Below are positions 31,163-41,883 of a DNA stretch of 58,463 nucleotides, one piece after another (the first letter of the stretch is position 1; every line of letters starts with the position of its first letter). The DNA is taken from the NCBI GenBank assembly GCA_008933015.1, contig WBXH01000002.1, positions 1-58,463 on the forward strand, read 5' to 3'. Made by a program: the position numbers and the translations under genes. Under the pieces are notes generated by a model. The model had not been told where the DNA came from and did no database searches. It saw only the letters and a program-made list of their open reading frames with translations. Origin of the DNA: Verrucomicrobiota bacterium (GTDB lineage: Bacteria > Verrucomicrobiota > Verrucomicrobiia > Chthoniobacterales > UBA6821).

Positions 31163-31720
31163 CTATTTACTACCTAGGGGGCGGACAGCAATCCGTGCCA
31201 CTTCGATAGGAATTCCCCGATCACTGAGCATCCTCTTGGCTTCCTCCCGGTCGGCCCAGTCAAGAAAGGTGCGACAGACAAGCCTCCACTGGCGGAGCAT
31301 TTCGCGGTTCACTTTGTCTAACCTGGGCCTGATCTCAGTTGTCAGGTCGAGCGGTTTCAACTTGGGAACGTCGATTCCTCCCGAGCGCCATCCCGCAATC
31401 AGTTCCTCCTGATAGCAGCGCGAGGCTGCAATCTGAGGGAGAAAGAATCTTGTTACCTCTGAGGCGGAGAGGCCATCCAACGAGCCAACTCCTTTTAGAT
31501 CCGTCAGCATTCGGGCTTCCCTCGCAGGGTCCGCAATGGGAATACCCGCCCGGCATTTACTCCAGGCCACCTCACGCGACAGTTGTAGTCTCTGGATCAT
31601 CAGGGTCACCAGCGGATTAAGACGATCATCAACTGCGGCCATCGCGCGACTGGGAAAAACCGTCGCCTGAAAGCCTAGGGAGAGGCAGATGCAAAACAAA
31701 AACAATCGGGCCGGAATCAT
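31163..31720 (-). CDS. Putative periplasmic chorismate mutase (AroQ gamma-type)
   Basis: I place the start at MIPARLFLFCICLSL, a signal peptide 4 nt after the recR stop. The mature part resembles secreted chorismate mutases (L-RL-LSREVAWSK...I-D--RE, QIAASR). The track's longer ORF overlaps recR and is rejected. Confidence 0.55.
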   Translation of the reverse strand: MIPARLFLFCICLSLGFQATVFPSRAMAAVDDRLNPLVTLMIQRLQLSREVAWSKCRAGIPIADPAREARMLTDLKGVGSLDGLSASEVTRFFLPQIAASRCYQEELIAGWRSGGIDVPKLKPLDLTTEIRPRLDKVNREMLRQWRLVCRTFLDWADREEAKRMLSDRGIPIEVARIAVRPLGSK

Positions 31721-31724
31721 GACT

Positions 31725-32336
31725 TTAACGCTGTCCGTACACGCCACGGTTCGCAAGGGCACGGTGAAGAGTGATCTGATCGGCATGCTCGACGCCCCCG
31801 CCAGCGGGAAGACCTTGGGCGATGCGGGTGACATGGACGCCGGTCGGCGCAAGCATCTCGGCAAGATAATGGGAAGTAGCCTCTCCCTCCACATCCACCC
31901 CCAGTGCGAGGATCACCTCTGAAGGACGCTCCTCACCGATTCTCTCGATTAATTCGGCGATCCTGAGTTGTTCGGGACCGATCCCATCCAATGGGGAGAG
32001 CTTACCCCCCAGTGAGTGATAACGCCCACGGAAGACTCCCGTGCGCTCAAGGGGAAGGATATCGGTGGGTGATTCAACAACGCATAGTTCACGCCCAGAG
32101 CGCCCCTCATCAAGGCAGAGCGGACACTCTTCCTGCTCGGCAAAAAAACCGCAAAGCCTGCACATTGTCAGCTTTTCATGAGCCCAGGAAATCGCAGAAA
32201 CAAGTTGTTCAGGCTTCGCATCCCGAGAACGAAGGACCCAGAGTGCGATCCTCTCGGCACTTCGAGGACCGATGCCAGGAAGGCGTCGAAACTGACGGAC
32301 CAGTTCGCGGAAGGAGTCGGGATAGTCGAGCGGCAC
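31725..32336 (-). CDS. recR: Recombination protein RecR
   Basis: LPGIGPRSAERIA helix-hairpin-helix, C4 zinc finger CRLCGFF...CPLC and a Toprim region. Confidence 0.9.
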   Translation of the reverse strand: MPLDYPDSFRELVRQFRRLPGIGPRSAERIALWVLRSRDAKPEQLVSAISWAHEKLTMCRLCGFFAEQEECPLCLDEGRSGRELCVVESPTDILPLERTGVFRGRYHSLGGKLSPLDGIGPEQLRIAELIERIGEERPSEVILALGVDVEGEATSHYLAEMLAPTGVHVTRIAQGLPAGGGVEHADQITLHRALANRGVYGQR

Positions 32337-32433
32337 GGGATCGGAGGGCTATTGACGCTTTAAGTTGGAGGCTGTTAAACCAGATTGAAAGAAACAGGAA
32401 GAGGTAAGCAATTCCGCTTAAAAGCCTTGTGCC

Positions 32434-33735
32434 TTAAACAGCTTCCGCCAGGAGAGCTTGCTCGGGGGTCGGCTCATCTTCACCACGGCGCGCGCGTTCG
32501 ACTCTCTCCAGATAATGATCGAGGGCCATGTCGGGAATGCCAGGGATACGGGCCGAGGAAAAGGCCCTGATGGATTCTTGCCACTTCCGCTCGCGGAAAA
32601 AGATGACCCCCTTCCAGAATTGATCACGGCTGCGCTCTCGTTCCGGGGAGAGCGCGTTCTTGGCAGCAAGGAACTCATACAACTCAACCCGCCTGCGACT
32701 CTCGGCACGCTGAAGTAAATCGATCGGACGGCCTTCTAACTTCTCGGAAGCCAACTCGTAAGTCGTGGGGCCGCTGAGAATCCTGCATCCGTATTGGGCG
32801 CAGGCTGCGGAAAGATGGCGGGCAAACTCCACCGCGGGACCGGAGACACTGAAGCGTCCCATGCGGCCACCACCGTAGGCAGCCGCAATCATTCCTCCGG
32901 AGTTCAGACCGATCCGGAAATCGAGTCGTTTCTGCCAATGAGCATCACACTCGCGGTTCAGATCTTCCAAACGGGAGACCAGATCCAGAGCGGCTCGTGC
33001 CGCCTTGCAGGCGTGATTGGAGGCACCCTCCACCGGTAGGGGCACGCCAAAGATAACGCGCAGGCTCTCTCCCGAACATTCGTCGAGATAGCCTCCCACA
33101 TCGACCAGAAAGTCAGAGGCCGTACGCAGGTAGAGATTCATCAGGGAGACATAATTTGAGGCGCTTAACGACTCCATGAGATCGACATGGTTGTGAATGG
33201 TGCAGACCAGTACGGATGCCTCGTGCAACTCCCCAGAAAAATCAACATTAAGACCGCCATCCACCAGACGCCTGAAAATATCGGCGCGCAAGCGGTGACC
33301 GAAGAGTCTGCGTAATACCGGCTCACGGGATCCGGTGTCGGTTTTTTCAAAAATCAAGACGGATACCAACGCGAGCAGGATCGCAACAACTCCCGGAACA
33401 GGAGTGAAATAAGAGCTATAGAGATTAGCAACAAGAGAGGCGCCCAGCAGCAGGATCGCAATCGCCATCACGACAGAGACCGTCTCCTGACGGGATGACT
33501 GGAGGGCGATCCATATCACGGCAATTTCCAGAAATAGAGAGGTCCCAAAGAGCATTCCTCTGCCAATGCCCTGCCACTGGGATTGCATCAAGCCCTTCCA
33601 AAAACTACTCAGCCCCTCAAGACCTCCCGAAAAATAAAGGAGGGAAAAGATGACGCCCGTCAGAATGCCAAGGAACAGGGTGGATTTAATCAGCCTCATT
33701 GATGACTTGGTTGCATGCGGTTGAAGAGGGAACAA
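32434..33735 (-). CDS. Membrane-anchored class III nucleotidyl cyclase homology-domain protein
   Basis: About 4 to 5 N-terminal TM helices followed by a cyclase homology domain (RIGLNSGGMIAA, FSVSGPAVEFARHL). Several canonical catalytic positions appear substituted; see findings. Confidence 0.65.
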   Translation of the reverse strand: MFPLQPHATKSSMRLIKSTLFLGILTGVIFSLLYFSGGLEGLSSFWKGLMQSQWQGIGRGMLFGTSLFLEIAVIWIALQSSRQETVSVVMAIAILLLGASLVANLYSSYFTPVPGVVAILLALVSVLIFEKTDTGSREPVLRRLFGHRLRADIFRRLVDGGLNVDFSGELHEASVLVCTIHNHVDLMESLSASNYVSLMNLYLRTASDFLVDVGGYLDECSGESLRVIFGVPLPVEGASNHACKAARAALDLVSRLEDLNRECDAHWQKRLDFRIGLNSGGMIAAAYGGGRMGRFSVSGPAVEFARHLSAACAQYGCRILSGPTTYELASEKLEGRPIDLLQRAESRRRVELYEFLAAKNALSPERERSRDQFWKGVIFFRERKWQESIRAFSSARIPGIPDMALDHYLERVERARRGEDEPTPEQALLAEAV

Positions 33736-33877
33736 TTCACGGCTAATAGGCTTTCATCAAGCCGGACGGGAATCAAGAGTTCTGAAACAAGGCGGACGAC
33801 ATCAATTGACCATGTTCCCCGCAGGAGCCATCCTTTTAAGAAACCTCAGCCAACGCCAGCCTGCAACCGCCTATACA

Positions 33878-34810
33878 ATGACCGATCCAGCAGTCCACGA
33901 AATCACCGCCACCGAGGAGGATCGACGTCAACGACTCGATATGGTGCTGGTGAGACGTCTTCCTCAGCTCTCCCGTTCCAAAATCCAGTCCCTTGTGAAA
34001 ACCGGACGGGTGACCCTGCAGGGCGCTCCCGTACGCAGCAGTGACGAAGTCAACCCGGGCGATGTGTTCCGTGTGGAGGAGGAGCCGTACAAGCCACCCG
34101 CGGGAGCCCACCCTGAGGACATTCCCCTGCACATCCTGCACGAGGATGAAGACCTCCTGGTTGTCAACAAGCCTGCAGGCATGGTTGTTCACATCGGGGC
34201 AGGCCACGAGGAGGGCACGCTTGTGAATGCTTTACTCCATCACGGAGGAACTCTCTCTGCAGGCTCGGAGGAACATCGTCCCGGAATCGTTCACAGGCTT
34301 GATAAGGAGACTTCGGGATGCATTGTGGTGGCCAAGAACGATCAGACGCACGCGTCCCTCTCGCAGTGCTTTGCAGACAGACAGGTTAAAAAAACCTACC
34401 TGGCCATCATTCGTGGAAGACCCCGTCACGTGAAAGGAACCATCGACCTAGCAATTGGCCGACACCCGGTCCAGCGTCAGAAAATGACACCAAGGCGCCC
34501 CCCTTCGGGGCGTGATGCGCTGACGGAATACGAACTGCTTGCAACCCGAGATGGATGGACATTGATCGCCTGCATGCCCCATACGGGACGCACCCACCAG
34601 ATCCGTGTGCATCTCCAACACTTGGGCCACCCCATTGCCGGGGATCCTCTCTACGGCAAACGAGACAGCTTCAAGCGCCACCTCCTCCATGCCTGGAAGC
34701 TCGAGTTCGTCCATCCCCGCACCGGCGAATCAATGATCTTCGAGGCACCGCTCCCGGCCGATTTTGGGCTCGTTCCCCTCCCCCCTCCGAAGGCAAGATC
34801 ACGTTCATGA
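33878..34810 (+). CDS. rluD: 23S rRNA pseudouridine synthase, RluA/RluD family
   Basis: S4 domain (RLDMVLV...SRSKIQSLVKTGRVTL) and the catalytic HRLDKETSG. I place the start at MTDPAV; the track start at 33806 is also possible. Confidence 0.85.
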   Translation: MTDPAVHEITATEEDRRQRLDMVLVRRLPQLSRSKIQSLVKTGRVTLQGAPVRSSDEVNPGDVFRVEEEPYKPPAGAHPEDIPLHILHEDEDLLVVNKPAGMVVHIGAGHEEGTLVNALLHHGGTLSAGSEEHRPGIVHRLDKETSGCIVVAKNDQTHASLSQCFADRQVKKTYLAIIRGRPRHVKGTIDLAIGRHPVQRQKMTPRRPPSGRDALTEYELLATRDGWTLIACMPHTGRTHQIRVHLQHLGHPIAGDPLYGKRDSFKRHLLHAWKLEFVHPRTGESMIFEAPLPADFGLVPLPPPKARSRS

Positions 34811-35652
34811 GTGCTGATGCAGAAGAATTCAAGGCAGCTCTAGAGACGGCATTACCGATCCTTCATGGCATGAAAAAAAATCTACGTCGGCCTCCGAAAG
34901 CCACGCAGGCAAGCCTCCAAAGACTCCAGGCAATCCTTCCCGCCTCATTTGAGAGCACCGCACCAAGCACTCCAGCAGTCCTGAAGCCGATTGCCACAGC
35001 GCGGATCCTGCCAGCCTCCAGAGATGACGGACGGTTGGCCAAACTGGAAATCCTCAAACGCGACATCCTTAACTGCATGCGTTGCCCGAACCTCGTGGCA
35101 AGCAGGACCCAGGTGGTCTACGGGGTGGGAGACCCTTTCGCCGAACTTCTCTTTGTCGGGGAGGCCCCGGGAGAGGAAGAGGATCTCAAGGGTGAACCCT
35201 TCATAGGGAAGGCCGGCCAACTTCTCACCAAGATCATCAGCGCGATGGAATATACGCGGGAGGAGATCTTCATTGCCAATGTCTTGAAATGCCGTCCCGA
35301 CATGCCGGAGGGCGAATCGGGCAACAGGAAGCCAAAACCTGCCGAGATGGCCACTTGCCTGCCATGGCTCAAGCAACAGACCGAACTCATCAGGCCGAAA
35401 GTGATCGTGGCCCTAGGCCTCACTGCTGTGGAGGGCCTCCTCGGTGAACCGCAGACCATGCGCGATGTGCGGGGAAAGTGGCTTGACTATGGCGGCGTCC
35501 CCCTGATGCCAACCTACCACCCGGCTTACCTACTTCGGAACCAGACCCTCGCCGAGAAACGGAAGGTTTGGGAGGACATGCTCCTTGTTCTGGAGAAACT
35601 GGGCCGTCCGATCAGTGAGAAGCAGCGCTCCTACTTCCTAGAGAGGGCCTAG
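34807..35652 (+). CDS. Uracil-DNA glycosylase, family 4, with an N-terminal extension of about 100 aa
   Basis: GEAPGEEEDLKGEPFIGKAGQLL and HPAYLLRN motifs, and Cys residues for the 4Fe-4S cluster. An ATGA overlap with the rluD stop sets the start at 34807. Confidence 0.8.
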   Translation: MSADAEEFKAALETALPILHGMKKNLRRPPKATQASLQRLQAILPASFESTAPSTPAVLKPIATARILPASRDDGRLAKLEILKRDILNCMRCPNLVASRTQVVYGVGDPFAELLFVGEAPGEEEDLKGEPFIGKAGQLLTKIISAMEYTREEIFIANVLKCRPDMPEGESGNRKPKPAEMATCLPWLKQQTELIRPKVIVALGLTAVEGLLGEPQTMRDVRGKWLDYGGVPLMPTYHPAYLLRNQTLAEKRKVWEDMLLVLEKLGRPISEKQRSYFLERA

Positions 35653-35706
35653 GATCCTAGAGGGCCCACTTCACTTCATTTTTCGGCACTCCAACCGCTG
35701 ACTCCC

Positions 35707-36480
35707 GTGGCGACCCCTCCGGCAACAGTAGCCACGCTCCGAAAATCTGCTCGACGCCACTCCTGCGGCAGCCTTCCCGAACGGATATGGCGCTCAATCC
35801 TTCACTGGATCGTCATCAAGACTGGTCGCCTGCTGTTCCTGCTGATCTGCAGGGTTCATGTGGTTGAAATAGCCCCTGTTCCCCGACAGGGGGCCCTTAT
35901 CATGGCCTCGAACCATATCAGCCACTTCGACCCATCAATCATCAGTGGTTTCTTCCCACGGCGCATCGACTGGCTGGCCATGGAGGAAATCTTTTGCTCC
36001 TTTTGGTCTAAGCATTTTTTCACGTGGCTGAATTGTATTCCCGTGAACCGCAATGGATCGGATCGCACAGCTCTCCGCAATGCCCTTCACCGCTTGGCAG
36101 ATCATCGGGTCATAGGTATCTTTCCCGAAGGGGGACTGCGAACGGGGGAGTGGTCGATTCTCAACGGAGCACCAATGAAACCTGGCCTCGCCGCTCTCAG
36201 CATGCACTCTGGGATTCCCGTGATTCCCTGCGTGCTGATCGGAAGTGACCATCTCTATAAGCCGGCCAATTGGTTGCATCGTACCTCCATCTACCTGCTC
36301 ATTGGTGAAGCTGTGGAGCCACCGAAAGAAGATGCACTCCAAACAGGTGCAAAGGAGCGCTTTGCCTCGGAACTTGCTAAGGCCTTCACGTCGATGAAAG
36401 AGGAGGCTGTGATGCGATTCGGAATATCTTCAAAGGATTTACCGCAGTCCCCCCAGCACAGGAAAGGGGAGCACCCATGA
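35707..36480 (+). CDS. plsC: 1-acyl-sn-glycerol-3-phosphate acyltransferase family
   Basis: NHISHFDP (HX4D) and FPEGG motifs. GTG start. Confidence 0.8.
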   Translation: MATPPATVATLRKSARRHSCGSLPERIWRSILHWIVIKTGRLLFLLICRVHVVEIAPVPRQGALIMASNHISHFDPSIISGFFPRRIDWLAMEEIFCSFWSKHFFTWLNCIPVNRNGSDRTALRNALHRLADHRVIGIFPEGGLRTGEWSILNGAPMKPGLAALSMHSGIPVIPCVLIGSDHLYKPANWLHRTSIYLLIGEAVEPPKEDALQTGAKERFASELAKAFTSMKEEAVMRFGISSKDLPQSPQHRKGEHP

Positions 36481-37469
36481 TCGCGCTTACCAACAGAATA
36501 GCACACGCGGGAATGGATGCCATCATGTGTGCCATGATGAACCGTACTCAATGGCATCTGCGCCATCACACGGTGAGTCTGGAAAAGCTTCACGCTTACC
36601 TGGAGGAGTGCGATCCGCAGGATCATAATGGTTTTTATGCAAATCCAGAAGAGAATCGGACATTAAAGCCTCCTGCATGGCGAAGGGATGGAGACCTCCT
36701 TTCCTGGAACTCCCCTCTGGAAGGCCCTCACTCGGAGAATAATACAGCACGCGCACGCCTTTATGAGGCCCCCAAGCTATCAGGGGCACCAACACTCATT
36801 CTTCTTCATTCTTTGATGTCGGCCAATGACTTTGGATATCGCCGGATTGCGGGGCGTTTTAACAAGCTTGGGTGGAATGTTTTCTTTCCTCATCTCCCCT
36901 ACCACTACAGCCGGAGAGCGAAAGGGTATGGGAACGGTGCTCTCACCATCACTTCCGATCTGATAAGAAATGCAGAGACTCTGAGACAATCGGTCATCGA
37001 GCTTAGGCAGATCATGGCTTGGGCACGCCAACAAGGTTCCAGTCGTATTGCTCTCCTAGCCACTAGCTATGGAGCTTGGGTCGCCTCCCTTAGCCTCTCG
37101 CTAGAAGTCACCGACTTCACGATCCTCTTGCAGCCCGTGGCCGATGTCCGGCACGCCACCTTCGAAAGTCCGGCAAGCTCCACGATGTCCAATTTACTTC
37201 TTAGAAATAAAATTTATCCTGATCTTATAGCCCGACACGCCCACCTTAGTTCACCAGCTCATCTAACTCCCTTAACGGCCCCTCATCGCATCACTGTAAT
37301 CGGTGGTAGATATGACCAACTATCTCCTTCAAAATCACTTAAATCCCTCTGTGCAACTTGGGGTGGAGCCCGATATCGGGAAGTGCCCCAAGGGCACTTT
37401 GGTTATAGCGCCATGAGGTGCGCTTTGGAAGAATCCGAGTACTATTTATCGCATCCGCCAACACCTTAA
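36477..37469 (+). CDS. Alpha/beta-hydrolase-fold protein
   Basis: Nucleophile elbow LLATSYGAW (x-S-x-G) and a C-terminal His (PQGHFGY). It overlaps the plsC stop by 4 nt. Confidence 0.5.
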   Translation: MIALTNRIAHAGMDAIMCAMMNRTQWHLRHHTVSLEKLHAYLEECDPQDHNGFYANPEENRTLKPPAWRRDGDLLSWNSPLEGPHSENNTARARLYEAPKLSGAPTLILLHSLMSANDFGYRRIAGRFNKLGWNVFFPHLPYHYSRRAKGYGNGALTITSDLIRNAETLRQSVIELRQIMAWARQQGSSRIALLATSYGAWVASLSLSLEVTDFTILLQPVADVRHATFESPASSTMSNLLLRNKIYPDLIARHAHLSSPAHLTPLTAPHRITVIGGRYDQLSPSKSLKSLCATWGGARYREVPQGHFGYSAMRCALEESEYYLSHPPTP

Positions 37470-37512
37470 AACTGACAACATGTCCGTTTTTCTGTAAAAT
37501 GACCAAAAATTC

Positions 37513-38166
37513 ATGAATACTCTTGTCACCTTGGGCCCCACCCAAGAACCGCTGGACGCCATGCGGATCATCACCAATCGATCGACGGGAGAACTGGGAA
37601 CCCAATTAGCATTAACCTTGATGGAATCCGGACATCATGTAATTGCCCTAAGAGGCACCGGCTCAACTTTCCAAATCAACTCCTTCCTTGAAAGGGGTGG
37701 GCGCGTTATCCCGTTTACAACGACGGAAGATCTGAGGTTCCAACTCACAAAGCTTGCGGGGGAGGAATCCATCGATGCCGTTTTTCATACAGCAGCCATC
37801 AGTGACTTTTACTTACCGGAGGGAGGGAGCGGGAAAATCCCAACAAGCAACGGATCCCTTCATCTATCCCTCGAGACAACACCAAAACTTCTCCCCTTAA
37901 TGAAAGGCTGGTTTCCCAAGGCCTTGGTCACGGGTTGGAAATTCGAAGCTTCCGGTACTCAGGATGGCAAAGATGCTCTCTCATCAAAAGAGCAAGCCCT
38001 GGCCGCAGGCGCCTCGCAAATCTCCAAATACGGGACTCATGCCTGCGTGGTGAATGGCCCTTCTTATGGATCAGGCTTCGGCGTTCTTCGAAAATCAGGA
38101 TCCCTCACCCACCTTGAGGATCGTGATGCTCTTTGCTATTTTCTGGTTGAAAATCTTGAGAAATAA
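37513..38166 (+). CDS. Stand-alone CoaB-like (DFP C-terminal domain) protein
   Basis: TLGPTQEPLDAMRIITNRSTGELG resembles the phosphopantothenate-cysteine ligase motif (GpTrEpiDpVRfitNrSSGkmG). Also AAISDF and VTGWKFE. There is no CoaC domain. Confidence 0.55.
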   Translation: MNTLVTLGPTQEPLDAMRIITNRSTGELGTQLALTLMESGHHVIALRGTGSTFQINSFLERGGRVIPFTTTEDLRFQLTKLAGEESIDAVFHTAAISDFYLPEGGSGKIPTSNGSLHLSLETTPKLLPLMKGWFPKALVTGWKFEASGTQDGKDALSSKEQALAAGASQISKYGTHACVVNGPSYGSGFGVLRKSGSLTHLEDRDALCYFLVENLEK

Positions 38167-38248
38167 TCGACCTCGGGGGAATCGCCGGCAAATCGTTTCC
38201 ATTCAACGCTTCCCTAGATCGAAAGCGGCGATTAGTCTCCCAGCTCCA

Positions 38249-40111
38249 ATGAGCGACGAACTAAACCAATACATCGAAGCCGGCAAGATTACTCCGGCCG
38301 CAGCAGAATCCCTTTCCAAACTTTCTCCGGGAGCCTTTTGCACCCATCGCAGTTGGGGGTTTGGCCGGATCGCCTCATGGGAGTTGATCACGGGTCAGAT
38401 CACCATCGATTTCGTCACCAAGAAAGGTCATCCGATGCAGCTTCAGTATGCCGCGGAGACGCTTTCATTCATTCCTTCCGGCCACATTCTGGCCCGCGTG
38501 GCCTCGGACGCGGCTGAAGTGAAATCTCAGGCCTCATCAGATCCCGTGCGACTCGTCCGTGCAATCCTCTCCGATCACGGAGGAGAGGCAACGGCCGATG
38601 AGATCGCCGCCGCCCTTGTACCCTCGGTATTTGATGCCGCTGGATTCAAAAAGTGGTTCGACGCGACAAAAAAGAAACTTAAGGCGGATGGTCACTTCCA
38701 AATCCCGACCAAAAAAGGTGATCCAATCGTCCTGCAGTCCACTTCGCAGAATCCCCACGAGCGCCTGATCGAGCAGTTCCGTGCAGCCCGTCATCCCAAG
38801 GATCAGGTTGCAGCACTCGATGTCGCACTGAAGTCTCTCAATGACTTTGCCAAGGAAGTCGAAGAACTCCGATCCCTTGCGAATGAAGTCGAGGAGGCCG
38901 CCAAGCGCGGGGGAAAGATCCACGTGGCCAAGGCCATCGAACTTCTCATCATCCGTGACGAGATCTGCTCGCGTCATGAATCCCTCAAGCCTGCTTCAGA
39001 CGCTCCAAGCGTGGGGGGATTTCTTTCCGACTCCCCTTACAAGTTGGGAGATATCTTCGGTGAAATCCCGGCTGCAAAGTACGGGCGGGTCCTCGAGGCC
39101 TTCCCTGCTGCTTTTCCAGAGAACTGGGAGGAAAAGGCTCTCCGACTAACCCGCACTTCAGAACCACGCCTCAGCAGCGAGATTCTCAAACTCTTCGTGG
39201 CCCAGGAAAAAAGAGAGGCCTTTGCCGACCATGCGCGAAGAATGATCCGTGAACGCTCCGCAAGCTCAGACTTCACTCTCTGGCTTTGCAAGGACCGTCA
39301 CAAGGCGCTACCGGAACTGGTCGACGAAGAACTTTTTGCAGCCATTCTGGCGGCGATGGAAGCCGACTTGCACGCCGACATCAAGAGTAAGCGCCTCGAG
39401 GAGTTCCTTTTCGAGGATCGAGAACTTGTTGGAGACCTGCTTGGCAAGGCAGAGAATGATTCCGCGCGGCTTGCCATCCGCAAGATCATGCTCAGTCCGG
39501 TTTTTGCTGATCTCAACCGCCGCTCTCTTCTGGCAAGGGTTCTCAAGGTTCACCCCGGCCTTGAGTCTCTCGTCACCAATGATCAGGAGACACCAACCGA
39601 GCGATCCGAGAGCCTCGTGGTCTCTTGGGCAAGTCTCCAGCGCCGCAAGGAAGAGTTGGAACACATCGAAAAGGTCCTCATCCCACAGAATATCCGCGAC
39701 ATCGCCACGGCCAGATCCTATGGGGATCTGCGTGAGAACTTCGAGTTCAAGTCGGCAAAGGAACAGCAGGCTGTCCTAAACCGCCAGAAAGGCGAACTCG
39801 AACTGATGCTCAACAACGCCCGCGGCACCAACTTCGAGAACATTGATACGGAACTTGTCTCAATCGGTACTGTCGTCACGGTGGCTCCTCTGGATGGAGG
39901 CTCACCCGAGACATACAGCATCTTGGGGGCATGGGATGGGGTTCCTGAAAAAGGGTGGGTGTCCTATCAGGCCGTGATTGGTCAGGCTCTCCTCGGCAAG
40001 AAAATCGGCGAATCCGTTGATCTCCCAGCCGATAAGGGCAAACGTTCGGTGAAAATCACCGCAATTCTCCCCTTCACGGAAATCGAAGCTCTCGGCACAA
40101 CAGTTGCTTAA
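38249..40111 (+). CDS. greA: Long-form GreA-like transcription factor (N-terminal extension + C-terminal GreA domains)
   Basis: The last about 160 aa match GreA (ARSYGDLRENFEFKSAKEQQ ... VSIGTVVTV ... YSILGAWD). The N-terminus has a CarD/TRCF-like beta motif (HRSWGFGRIASWE). I place the start at MSDELNQ. Confidence 0.7.
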   Translation: MSDELNQYIEAGKITPAAAESLSKLSPGAFCTHRSWGFGRIASWELITGQITIDFVTKKGHPMQLQYAAETLSFIPSGHILARVASDAAEVKSQASSDPVRLVRAILSDHGGEATADEIAAALVPSVFDAAGFKKWFDATKKKLKADGHFQIPTKKGDPIVLQSTSQNPHERLIEQFRAARHPKDQVAALDVALKSLNDFAKEVEELRSLANEVEEAAKRGGKIHVAKAIELLIIRDEICSRHESLKPASDAPSVGGFLSDSPYKLGDIFGEIPAAKYGRVLEAFPAAFPENWEEKALRLTRTSEPRLSSEILKLFVAQEKREAFADHARRMIRERSASSDFTLWLCKDRHKALPELVDEELFAAILAAMEADLHADIKSKRLEEFLFEDRELVGDLLGKAENDSARLAIRKIMLSPVFADLNRRSLLARVLKVHPGLESLVTNDQETPTERSESLVVSWASLQRRKEELEHIEKVLIPQNIRDIATARSYGDLRENFEFKSAKEQQAVLNRQKGELELMLNNARGTNFENIDTELVSIGTVVTVAPLDGGSPETYSILGAWDGVPEKGWVSYQAVIGQALLGKKIGESVDLPADKGKRSVKITAILPFTEIEALGTTVA

Positions 40112-40121
40112 CTGACTCTAA

Positions 40122-41474
<1,353 letters not shown>

Positions 41475-41485
41475 AACCAATTCGG

Positions 41486-41842
41486 ATGACAGGAAGCCAA
41501 AACATTCGTACCACGAAACAGCATCGTCGATCTGGAGCTGAAATGCTCCCCACGGCGACGCGTGTTGTCTCAGCGCTGATTGTCTTTTGCTTACTTCTGA
41601 CCGCGGGCTTTACCTTTTACCCGGAATGGATTCGTCTCTCCGACATGAAGAGAGATCTTGCAAAAGAAAAAATCCATCTCGTTGAACTCCAAAAACTCGC
41701 CGGGGAGAAAACTCAGGAGGTACACCTTCTGCAGACTGATAGGGAGTATCTTGAGATGATTGCCCGCGACAAACTCAACATGATGAAGCCGGGTGAAACA
41801 ATTTTTCGTTTAAGCTCCACCTCGGGGCATCCCCGCGCTTGA
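41486..41842 (+). CDS. ftsB: Cell-division protein FtsB/DivIC family
   Basis: Single TM (VVSALIVFCLLLTAGF), a coiled coil, and C-terminal DREYLEMIARDKLNMMKPGETIF. The start is ambiguous between 41468 GTG, 41486 ATG and 41543 ATG. Confidence 0.6.
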   Translation: MTGSQNIRTTKQHRRSGAEMLPTATRVVSALIVFCLLLTAGFTFYPEWIRLSDMKRDLAKEKIHLVELQKLAGEKTQEVHLLQTDREYLEMIARDKLNMMKPGETIFRLSSTSGHPRA

Positions 41843-41883
41843 TTCACGGAATCAAGCAGGCGGGCTTATAACCTGATTTTTTA

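Noticed and set aside
34555-34806. ORF-track N-terminal extensions: 34555-34806 (UDG), 51288-51437 (zwf2), 38054-38248 (GreA-like), 31721-31894 (chorismate mutase), 52868-52960 (opcA), 16912-17013 (repeat protein), and 29897-29938 (lexA).
   Set aside because: The extensions overlap upstream genes or lack similarity to the family. In each case an internal start gives a canonical N-terminus, a signal peptide or an ATGA-type coupling.
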